From contig CALODV010000013.1 of NCBI GenBank assembly GCA_942492065.1, forward strand, positions 20,989 through 84,988: a stretch of DNA of 64,000 nt, written 5' to 3'. The notes beneath the pieces were generated by a model that saw only the letters and a program-made list of their open reading frames with translations, was not told the origin of the DNA and ran no database searches. This DNA comes from Candidatus Cloacimonadales bacterium. Lineage in GTDB: Bacteria; Cloacimonadota; Cloacimonadia; Cloacimonadales; JAIOQZ01. This document shows positions 40,249 to 47,794 of the stretch, piece by piece. Position numbers and translations under genes: made by a program. The first letter of the stretch is position 1; every line of letters starts with the position of its first letter.

Positions 40249-41811
40249 CTATTTTTCAATTCTTGCTAAAAATTCATCCCGGAAGTTCTCAATAGCGCTT
40301 TTTACCGGCATGATTAATGATTGACCTAATGCACAGAAGGAAGACTGCTGCATTATCTCTGAAAGAGTAATCATGTAGTCTAAATCTTCAACTGTAGCTT
40401 CACCTTTCTGAACTTTCTTGATCAGTTTTTCGAGCTGTTTTGTACCAAGAGCACATGGACGGCATTTACCGCATGACTCATGCTCGAAGAAATGAATGAT
40501 AGATGCAAGCATTTCTACCATTGGAACATCTTCATTCATAACAAGAATAGCTCCGGAACCAAGAACAGCCGCGTTGTCACCAAGACTTTCATAGTCCATC
40601 TTAACGTTGACAAGATCTTCGTTAAGGATAACGCCTGCACTACCACCGATAAGAGCGGCTTTAAATTTCTTGCCGTCTTTCATTCCACCGCCGTACTCGT
40701 TGATGATTTTACGTAATGGTGTACCCATTTCTACTTCCGTAAGACCTGGCATTTCGACATCACCGAGTATGGTGTATACTTTTGTACCGGTTGATTTTTC
40801 GGTTCCGAGTTTAGCATACCACTCGCCGCCATTGTTAATGATCGCAGGAACATTAGCTATAGTTTCAACGTTGTTGACAACTGTAGGCTTTTGCCAAGCA
40901 CCTTTAACACCTGGGAAAGGTGGCTTGGAACGTGGGTTTCCACGATTTCCTTCCATAGATTCAATCAATGCAGTTTCTTCACCGCATACATAAGCACCTG
41001 CGCCAATCATCACTTCTATGTCAAGATTAAATCCTGAATCGAAGATATTTTCTCCAAGGAGACCATACTCACGAGCCTGCTCGATCGCTTTATTCAAACG
41101 GTTTATACATAATTTGTATTCACCGCGAATATATATGTAAGCTTTGGTTGCGCCAACAGCATATGATCCGATCATAATACCTTCGAGAAGTTTATGAGGA
41201 TCACCTTCCATAATAAGACGATCTTTGAAAGTTCCAGGTTCACCTTCGTCAGCATTGATAACAAATAATTTTTGTTCAGCTTCGATTGGTGCTGTGAAAC
41301 TCCATTTGAGTCCGGCAGGGAATCCTGCTCCACCACGTCCTCTCAGACCTGATTTCTTAACTTCGTCAATGATAGCCATTGGCTTCATGTTAAGAAGTGC
41401 TTTTTCCCATGCTATGTAACCGCCTGCTCCAAGATATTCTTCAATGTTTTCAGGATCGATAACACCTGAGTTTTTGAGAACGATTCTTGTGTCGTAGTTC
41501 ATGTCAATCTGAACTTTTTCAGGAGCTGTCATAAGCAGTCTTTTTACAGGACGGCCTTTTACAAAGTGCTCGTTAACAAGTTCTGCAGCATCTTCTACTT
41601 TGAGGTTAATATATGTAACGTTGTCAGGATAAACAACACAGTTCACGCCTTTATCAAAGAAATTAAGTGAACCGGTTTCAAGTACTTCTACTTCTTCCTG
41701 AAGACCGTTTTTTTCTATTTCAGCTTTGATTGCAGCTTGAACAGCACTTGTTCCTGCAGCAATACTAGCATCGTCCATACCGAATAAAATGTGAGTGCGT
41801 GTAGTTTTCAT
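40249..41811 (-). CDS. hydB: NuoF-like flavoprotein subunit HydB (FMN/NADH-binding)
   Basis: GRGGAGFPAGLKW FMN site and ESCGKCRPCALG 4Fe-4S motif. The N-terminal ~110 aa have a thioredoxin-like fold without Cys. Confidence 0.9.
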   Translation of the reverse strand: MKTTRTHILFGMDDASIAAGTSAVQAAIKAEIEKNGLQEEVEVLETGSLNFFDKGVNCVVYPDNVTYINLKVEDAAELVNEHFVKGRPVKRLLMTAPEKVQIDMNYDTRIVLKNSGVIDPENIEEYLGAGGYIAWEKALLNMKPMAIIDEVKKSGLRGRGGAGFPAGLKWSFTAPIEAEQKLFVINADEGEPGTFKDRLIMEGDPHKLLEGIMIGSYAVGATKAYIYIRGEYKLCINRLNKAIEQAREYGLLGENIFDSGFNLDIEVMIGAGAYVCGEETALIESMEGNRGNPRSKPPFPGVKGAWQKPTVVNNVETIANVPAIINNGGEWYAKLGTEKSTGTKVYTILGDVEMPGLTEVEMGTPLRKIINEYGGGMKDGKKFKAALIGGSAGVILNEDLVNVKMDYESLGDNAAVLGSGAILVMNEDVPMVEMLASIIHFFEHESCGKCRPCALGTKQLEKLIKKVQKGEATVEDLDYMITLSEIMQQSSFCALGQSLIMPVKSAIENFRDEFLARIEK

Positions 41812-42266
41812 TATTCGCCTCCTCTGATTTCATCGATGATCTTTTTAACTCTGTCAGGAGTAAGGTCACCGTAAACATCTTCGTTCACCATCATTACAGG
41901 AGCGTTACCGCAAACACCGAGGCATGCGCAGAGTTCAAGAGTAAATTCACCGTCTTGAGTTGTTTCGCCTGTTTTTACTCCAAGATAATCTTTGAGTGTT
42001 TTGTGAACAGCGTCTGAACCTTTAAGCCAGCATGGAGGAGATTCACACAAACGGATAATGTTCTTTCCTCTTGGTTTTGTTGAGTACATTGTGTAGAATG
42101 TAAGAACACCGAAAATGTGACTTTCCGGTACATTGAGATAGTTAGATACAGCAGCAACAGCTTCTTCAGAGATATAATGCTGAGGATGCTGATCCTGAAT
42201 ATCATGCAGGATGTAAATCAGATTAGATTTTACAGCTTCGTACTTTTCGAAAATCTTATCGTACAT
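41811..42266 (-). CDS. hydC: NuoE-like [2Fe-2S] subunit HydC
   Basis: Four Cys in CESPPCW…CACLGVCGNAP. TAATG coupling with hydB. Confidence 0.88.
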   Translation of the reverse strand: MYDKIFEKYEAVKSNLIYILHDIQDQHPQHYISEEAVAAVSNYLNVPESHIFGVLTFYTMYSTKPRGKNIIRLCESPPCWLKGSDAVHKTLKDYLGVKTGETTQDGEFTLELCACLGVCGNAPVMMVNEDVYGDLTPDRVKKIIDEIRGGE

Positions 42267-42300
42267 AATTTCTCCTTATATTATTTTTTTGAGTTCTTTC

Positions 42301-42663
42301 TTATTCTGCTGCAGCAACGTATTCTGCTACAACTTCTCCACCGATGATGTGTTTTTCCATTACTTCGGCAACTTTTTCAGGATTCATGTATCCGTATGTA
42401 ACTTGAGGCATGTCTTTTACGTATACATCTACTACAGGTTCCATTGAGGAAATTCCTTTTTCTCCTGTTTGTGTTACAACAACATCAGTAAGCCCTTTTG
42501 CCTGGATTGCTTCCAGGAATGCTTTCATTACCTGACGGGCACCCATTGCGATTCCGGATGTTCCCATGGAAACAACAATCTTTACACGGTGATCAGCATT
42601 TCTTAAAGCCATGTTTTGCTGAGCTTTTTCTCTGATCTTACGTAATTCTTCGAGTTTTTTCAT
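42301..42663 (-). CDS. Small thioredoxin-like (NuoE/HndB-fold) protein lacking all cluster-ligating cysteines
   Basis: 120 aa with the pattern KIVVSMGTSG…VVVTQTGEKGISSMEPVVDVYV…Y…PE, which matches the Trx-like 2Fe-2S ferredoxin fold with Cys replaced. GGAGG Shine-Dalgarno. Confidence 0.55.
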   Translation of the reverse strand: MKKLEELRKIREKAQQNMALRNADHRVKIVVSMGTSGIAMGARQVMKAFLEAIQAKGLTDVVVTQTGEKGISSMEPVVDVYVKDMPQVTYGYMNPEKVAEVMEKHIIGGEVVAEYVAAAE

Positions 42664-42697
42664 CCAATTCCTCCAAATAATTTTGGTTTAGTTTTTT

Positions 42698-43342
42698 TTA
42701 TTTGTATTCTATCAAATTTCTTTTGTTATGGTGGTAGGTTACCACTGCCATGTTGCAGTACAGACAAGTCTGCTCCACAAACACATATTCAGGCACTTTA
42801 ATGCGGACGGTAGTAAAGTTCCACAAAGTAGTAATCTTGTTATCGACAAGCATATCCGCCGCATTCTGTGCTTCTGAAGCAGGGGTTGCAATGATTCCAA
42901 CCTGAATATCAAATTCATCACGGATTTTTTCGAGGTCTTCATTTGAATAGACTTTGAGTCCTTTTACATGTGTTCCGAATTTTGCAGGATCGTTATCTGT
43001 TAGAGCTTTAATACTTAAGCCTGTAACATTCATATCGTGATAACGCAGCAGCGCTCTGGCGAGGTTTCCTGCCCCAACCACGATTGTATTGAGGGAATGA
43101 TCCCAGCCTAAGAATTCTTCGATTAAAATGATTGACTCGTCAACTTTGTGACCGACTCTTGGTTTCCCTGTGAGTCCTGCGATAGTAAGGTCTTTTCTGA
43201 CCTGAGTAGGATATATTTTTAAATTGCGTGCTATTTCTGAAGCCGAAGTAAATTCCACATCGGCTGCTTTGAGTTCTTTTAAAAATTCAAGGTATAACGG
43301 TAAACGACGTATAGTATACAATGAAACAGAATCATTCATCAT
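42698..43342 (-). CDS. rex: Redox-sensing transcriptional repressor Rex
   Basis: N-terminal winged helix (YTIRRLPLYLEFL) and a Rossmann GxGxxG region (VVGAGNLARAL). ATG at 43342 after GGAAGGA. The track start at 43360 is a TTG. Confidence 0.85.
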   Translation of the reverse strand: MMNDSVSLYTIRRLPLYLEFLKELKAADVEFTSASEIARNLKIYPTQVRKDLTIAGLTGKPRVGHKVDESIILIEEFLGWDHSLNTIVVGAGNLARALLRYHDMNVTGLSIKALTDNDPAKFGTHVKGLKVYSNEDLEKIRDEFDIQVGIIATPASEAQNAADMLVDNKITTLWNFTTVRIKVPEYVFVEQTCLYCNMAVVTYHHNKRNLIEYK

Positions 43343-43699
43343 TAATTCAGTTCCTTCCAATTCAATATTTTTATATCAATATTTTTGGGTCGATTTTAAA
43401 GTCAAGCTAAATATTAGTTTTTTTACACCTTTTTTCGGGGTATAAATCAATGGCTATTATAAAGTGTGTTATGGCTGTATTTTGGCTTGAGATAAGGGCT
43501 GAATGTTAGCCAAGGGTAACTTGGGGGAAAGGTATTTCAGAAGGAGGATTTAGCGATTAACAGTTAAGTTTTCACTACTAGGATTCAAAAAGGATTGACA
43601 GACTTATCTTTGATCTTAGCATTGTCCTATAATTCATTATAGGAGTGACCATTATGATTCGTGAGCTTACAGAAAAAATGAAAAAGGAAAGATATATCC

Positions 43700-43947
43700 C
43701 GCCACCGAGTTTGGCGAAAACAGTCACTAAATTGGCGAAAACGCACTTTTCAGCCCAAAATGACCGTTTGAAATGAACATCTGACCTTCACGAGTTTGGC
43801 GAAAATCAAAACCACCCGAAAAAACTTGCACGAGTTTGGCAGTAAATTCAACAAAAAATGCCAATCTTGTGCAAGTCGAACAGTCACAAGATTGGCAAAA
43901 ATTCAGAGTTATGAACCTATAAACGATCACTAATTTGGCGAAAAATC
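43700..43947 (+). repeat. Array of six direct, imperfect ~19-bp repeats (core TTCAC-N-AG/AA-TTTGGC(G/A)AAAA) at the prophage/host junction
   Basis: Copies at about 43703, 43725, 43787, 43828, 43883 and 43926, all in the same orientation. Spacing is irregular (22 to 62 bp). Confidence 0.7.
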
Positions 43948-44694
43948 CCAGTTACCTATCAGCAATTCCTTATAAATTAGATCACCGGTACGCACAATTC
44001 CCTTCTGTCTGGAGAGTGGAATCATAGGAAATTCAGCGAATAACTCCCGGGCTTCCGGGCAGTCATCAAGTGAAAGCAGCCATTTACCTTTGATCGTCCT
44101 CAGACAATCCCGAAACGCCTTATGATCAAACTCTCTGGCATTATCATATCTGGCACCGGTAACATAAGGCGGATCAAAGTAAAAGAAGGCTGAAGGGCTG
44201 TCATAGTACTTAATCAAGTCTTTATAGTCCTTACCCTCGATCTGTACATGGTCAAGCCTTTTAGACAGCGCTCGTATCGCATCCAGCTTGTTTCTCAGAC
44301 TCTTCTGAGCTCCTTCTCTTCTTGCACCAAACGAGTCCCCCTGAGCTCCAAAACTGAAGGTAATCACATAGAAAAAACGAGCAGCCTTTTGCAGCTCAGT
44401 AAGCCCTTCCCATTGCATCATCTTGCCGAACATGATCCTGCCGGCAGGTAGTTTCTCAAGTTCGATTATAAGGGCTTCAGGATGATACTTCACCTGAAGA
44501 AACAGGTTAGTCAACCGCTCATCCAGATCATTATAAACCTCGGTTTTAGCCCATCTGTCTTTATACAGTAAAAGCCAGCCGGCACCACCGAACGGCTCTA
44601 TGTACTTTCCAATGTTATCAGGCACAAATTGTGCAATAGTTTTACGTAGTAGACGCTTGCTTCCCATCCATGGAATAATTGAATTTGTAGGCAT
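43930..44694 (-). CDS. dam: Orphan DNA adenine methyltransferase (Dam, D12 class)
   Basis: Motifs PWMGSKR, EPFGGAGW and catalytic DPPY. ATG at 44694 overlaps the upstream ORF stop (TAATG). The track start at 44730 is a GTG. Confidence 0.85.
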   Translation of the reverse strand: MPTNSIIPWMGSKRLLRKTIAQFVPDNIGKYIEPFGGAGWLLLYKDRWAKTEVYNDLDERLTNLFLQVKYHPEALIIELEKLPAGRIMFGKMMQWEGLTELQKAARFFYVITFSFGAQGDSFGARREGAQKSLRNKLDAIRALSKRLDHVQIEGKDYKDLIKYYDSPSAFFYFDPPYVTGARYDNAREFDHKAFRDCLRTIKGKWLLSLDDCPEARELFAEFPMIPLSRQKGIVRTGDLIYKELLIGNWDFSPN

Positions 44695-44894
44695 TAAATT
44701 GTTGCTCCTGAAGTAGAAAAAGCGTCGCACCCTCGACCAAGAACACTCCTATTCAAGTGCTTGGGCATAAACCCAAAGATGCGACGCAATATATCAGTTT
44801 TAATTGATTTATCGGTCGCTTGAATAGGTCTCAGCTCTTGGTCGAAGCTAATAACAAGGTTTGATTTTGAAATTAAATTGTCAACTGTAATCAT
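44694..44894 (-). CDS. Small hypothetical phage protein between the endolysin and dam
   Basis: 66-aa ORF translationally coupled at both ends. Confidence 0.4.
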   Translation of the reverse strand: MITVDNLISKSNLVISFDQELRPIQATDKSIKTDILRRIFGFMPKHLNRSVLGRGCDAFSTSGATI

Positions 44895-44900
44895 ACTAAA

Positions 44901-45488
44901 TTACACTCTCTTCAACCAGCCACGCACATATTTCCTCTGACTCGGTTTCATACTCGCTATAACTATATAATGATATCCCTGCATAATACGCATCATCTCA
45001 TTCAAATATGCAATATCACCGCATTTAATGCAGGTCTGCACTCGTTTATAAGTCTGCCTGCCGGCAATCCCATCCTTAATAAGATCTTCACCATACTCCC
45101 GACTGCCGTCCTTCATTTTCCTGTTTAAAAGATTAAGGCAGATCTGCAAGAATTCAGCAGCAGTCTCCTGACCGCAATTCACATTAATATCAAACATCCG
45201 ATGTGCCAATTCTTCATCCGTTATATTGTCATAACCCGGTTTCTCCCAGTACTTGAGCCTGAACAGAGCTTTTGCAGCCTGTCGTAAAGCCGGATCGTTG
45301 TTCAATACTTCAACATATTTATTTGGAAAAGTCTCCTTAATTTCATCAACGTATTTCCACCATTCCCAGTCTCCGTTAAACATTCTGGCAATACCAAAAA
45401 CAGTCTCACCGCCTGCATCATCCGGATCACATGAATAACCGGCTTCAATCAAAGCTAATTTAGGGTACATCTTATCAAAATAGTCCAT
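44901..45488 (-). CDS. Endolysin, glycoside hydrolase family 108 lysozyme-like with a peptidoglycan-binding C-terminus
   Basis: N-terminal MDYFDKMYPKLALIEAGYS…DDAGGETVFGI matches the GH108 N-terminus. ATG at 45488 after AAGGAG. Confidence 0.75.
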   Translation of the reverse strand: MDYFDKMYPKLALIEAGYSCDPDDAGGETVFGIARMFNGDWEWWKYVDEIKETFPNKYVEVLNNDPALRQAAKALFRLKYWEKPGYDNITDEELAHRMFDINVNCGQETAAEFLQICLNLLNRKMKDGSREYGEDLIKDGIAGRQTYKRVQTCIKCGDIAYLNEMMRIMQGYHYIVIASMKPSQRKYVRGWLKRV

Positions 45489-45502
45489 TCTAACTCCTTT
45501 GC

Positions 45503-46150
45503 TTATATAAATGTAAAGCCAGATCCACCCACAACCATCCATGCATGGTCGCTGTTGGATACAAGCATTACGCAATCTCCAAGACTATCAAATTCTATCG
45601 TTCCTTCGTTTCCTTCGCCTCCCGGATATATAACACATTTATCTGCACTATTAGCTGTTAGCGTTGCTTTATTACCAGTCTTCAGTTTGGTGTATGTTGC
45701 AATAACGAATTTACCTGCTTTTCCTGCAATTGCCGGTAATACTACAGCAACATCCTTATCATTGGTATCAGTATCAAATTCAAGGACTTGCAGATCAGAA
45801 TCAGTTAGAACAACCGTTGATATCGAATTGATAACCGTCTTGGCTGTCATACCGTCGCATTGCATAAATCTCCCGGGATTAAGCCCAAGCCAGCCGGTAT
45901 GTAGAAATCCACCTGTAGGATTATCTTTACTGACCACTATGCCATTATTACCCTGACTCAGCGAATAACCATCTAATGTATCGGCATCGATACCGGCAGC
46001 AGTTAATTCAGCTATTACCTTATTTACAATCGTCTCTATCAGAACCGTTCTGACTCTATCATCTGAAGAGCTGTCTGCTCCTTTATCTACAATCAGTACA
46101 TCCTTATCATCAGGATTACTATCTAATGGATATGTATTAGGTCGTGGCAT
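45503..46150 (-). CDS. Phage tail fibre or receptor-binding-like protein
   Basis: 215 aa, Gly/Thr/Asn-rich and beta-rich. Lies last in the tail module before lysis. GGAGG Shine-Dalgarno. Confidence 0.4.
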   Translation of the reverse strand: MPRPNTYPLDSNPDDKDVLIVDKGADSSSDDRVRTVLIETIVNKVIAELTAAGIDADTLDGYSLSQGNNGIVVSKDNPTGGFLHTGWLGLNPGRFMQCDGMTAKTVINSISTVVLTDSDLQVLEFDTDTNDKDVAVVLPAIAGKAGKFVIATYTKLKTGNKATLTANSADKCVIYPGGEGNEGTIEFDSLGDCVMLVSNSDHAWMVVGGSGFTFI

Positions 46151-46703
46151 GTGTTTCTCCTCCTGAATTAACGGTTACTGAAGGGTTAGGATTCTCATAT
46201 CCAAGCACATCAGCACCATTCTCATCTATTATATGGTTACCGGTTTCATCTATAACAAAACTGAAGTTATCCGGTAGTGTTAAAATTGTATTTAGCTCAT
46301 AGTAGCCAACTGATTCCAAAGTCATTTTATAAGCATCAATTTGCAGTGAATCTTTATAATGATAAGGCGTAAATTCAGTAACAAAGCACCATACTTTCTG
46401 ATATGAATCTGTCTCAGGTATCACATAAACACAGCTTCCAACAGGGCAATTGTTTTGAAGATCTGTCAGTTGCGTATTGAATACCAGTGAACTGCTGGGG
46501 TCATCCACCACAACCAGTTCAAATTTTGCATAATGCCCTTTTGTAATAAGTGTTCTCCTGCCTGTTAATACCGACTTATGCATTATCTGATCAGGCACCT
46601 GTAAATTGCTTTTAAACTGGCAAATCGCTTCCAGATTATTGAAATCAATGTTGATATCACTATTGTATATTCTTGGTAATTTAGAACCTAATATAACGCC
46701 CAT
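46137..46703 (-). CDS. Phage tail protein (hypothetical)
   Basis: Position between the Dit-like and fibre-like genes. TAATG coupling. Confidence 0.4.
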   Translation of the reverse strand: MGVILGSKLPRIYNSDINIDFNNLEAICQFKSNLQVPDQIMHKSVLTGRRTLITKGHYAKFELVVVDDPSSSLVFNTQLTDLQNNCPVGSCVYVIPETDSYQKVWCFVTEFTPYHYKDSLQIDAYKMTLESVGYYELNTILTLPDNFSFVIDETGNHIIDENGADVLGYENPNPSVTVNSGGETHATT

Positions 46704-47794
46704 TATACCGCCCTCTCATATGTCATAGTACAGTTCCTAACATCAAATTTGAGCGAGTAACAGAAACAGGTATAATCGTATTCAGATAGAAGAGTTGTAA
46801 CCTCTTTTGTATCGGCTAAACCTTGAAAATATGCCAGAAATACCTGTGCAATCTGCTCCTGCAAATCATTTATCCTGTGGATCCTGTAACTGGTCGGTGC
46901 ACTCAAGTAATACAGCTCCAGATTATCAATTATAGAAAGACTCCTGTTTGCCGTATCTGTTGGAGAATCAGTGCGGTAATCAGCTTCAGAAACATCTTCA
47001 TCAATCCATGTAAGATCAAACAGTTTACTCAGCTCAACATTACTTTGAGATACGCTGAAACTGCTGATAGTAGTCTGTTTCTTATCACCAATCTTAAATA
47101 TCAGATCTGCATCAGTAAAATATCGATAATGCACCGGTAGCAGGTAGTATTTGTTGTCATGAAATACAAGCTGAACCTGTAACAATTGCAGCAAACCAAC
47201 CACCACATCATATAGATTGCTAAATGTTCTGTCCTCATTATCTGTACATCCGTAAAATTCAATCTGCTTCAACTGCAAACCAATATTGCGATATCTCATT
47301 ATTGAATTATTGTAATTGTAAGGACTTGCCAGATCTCCAACCGAATCAATTACATCCACATTCAAACACTGCTTCATAACTGATTTAATAAAGTGAATAA
47401 CCGACACATAGCTCTCATCCCAGTATTCATAAGTATATCCAAAAGCCTTATAATCAGCCATTGTATTGTTTATGTCTGTAAACCAGAATCGGCGTACATC
47501 CTGTACACTGTAATCAGATAACTTTGACAGATAGTTAACCGCTTTTATATTATATAAATACTTGTCATAATCATACTCAACACTCTCAATTATCAGACGA
47601 AAAATAGAAGTCCCGTTTAGCTTGATAATCAGGATATCTCCCGGAACAGGTACAACTCCACAGATACTGATACTTGTAGTAGTATTAACCATTGAATAAT
47701 CATAGTTAACTCGTCTCGATAACCCATTAATTTTTATCACAGTATCGGAGATGTCAGCATTGTTCAGATACACCCTAATCATACTGATCTCCAC
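46703..47794 (-). CDS. Phage distal tail or baseplate-like protein (hypothetical)
   Basis: 363 aa immediately downstream of the tape measure gene. Confidence 0.4.
   Translation of the reverse strand: MEISMIRVYLNNADISDTVIKINGLSRRVNYDYSMVNTTTSISICGVVPVPGDILIIKLNGTSIFRLIIESVEYDYDKYLYNIKAVNYLSKLSDYSVQDVRRFWFTDINNTMADYKAFGYTYEYWDESYVSVIHFIKSVMKQCLNVDVIDSVGDLASPYNYNNSIMRYRNIGLQLKQIEFYGCTDNEDRTFSNLYDVVVGLLQLLQVQLVFHDNKYYLLPVHYRYFTDADLIFKIGDKKQTTISSFSVSQSNVELSKLFDLTWIDEDVSEADYRTDSPTDTANRSLSIIDNLELYYLSAPTSYRIHRINDLQEQIAQVFLAYFQGLADTKEVTTLLSEYDYTCFCYSLKFDVRNCTMTYERAV

Noticed and set aside
43343-43450. Rex operator upstream of rex
   Set aside because: Only AT-rich direct repeats (AATATTTTTATATCAATATTT) were found. 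No TTGTGAA/TTCACAA-type inverted repeat was present.
43654-43776. A 40-aa ORF (MIRELTEKMKKERYIPPPSLAKTVTKLAKT…) with a good Shine-Dalgarno running through the first repeats
   Set aside because: Its codons are dictated by the repeated DNA motif (SLAKT/KLAKT). It would straddle the presumed prophage end. It was probably created by the repeats, not a real gene.
43700-43947. CRISPR array interpretation of the direct repeats
   Set aside because: Repeats are imperfect, only ~19 bp, and irregularly spaced by 3–40 bp. There are no cas genes or leader. They sit at a prophage end.
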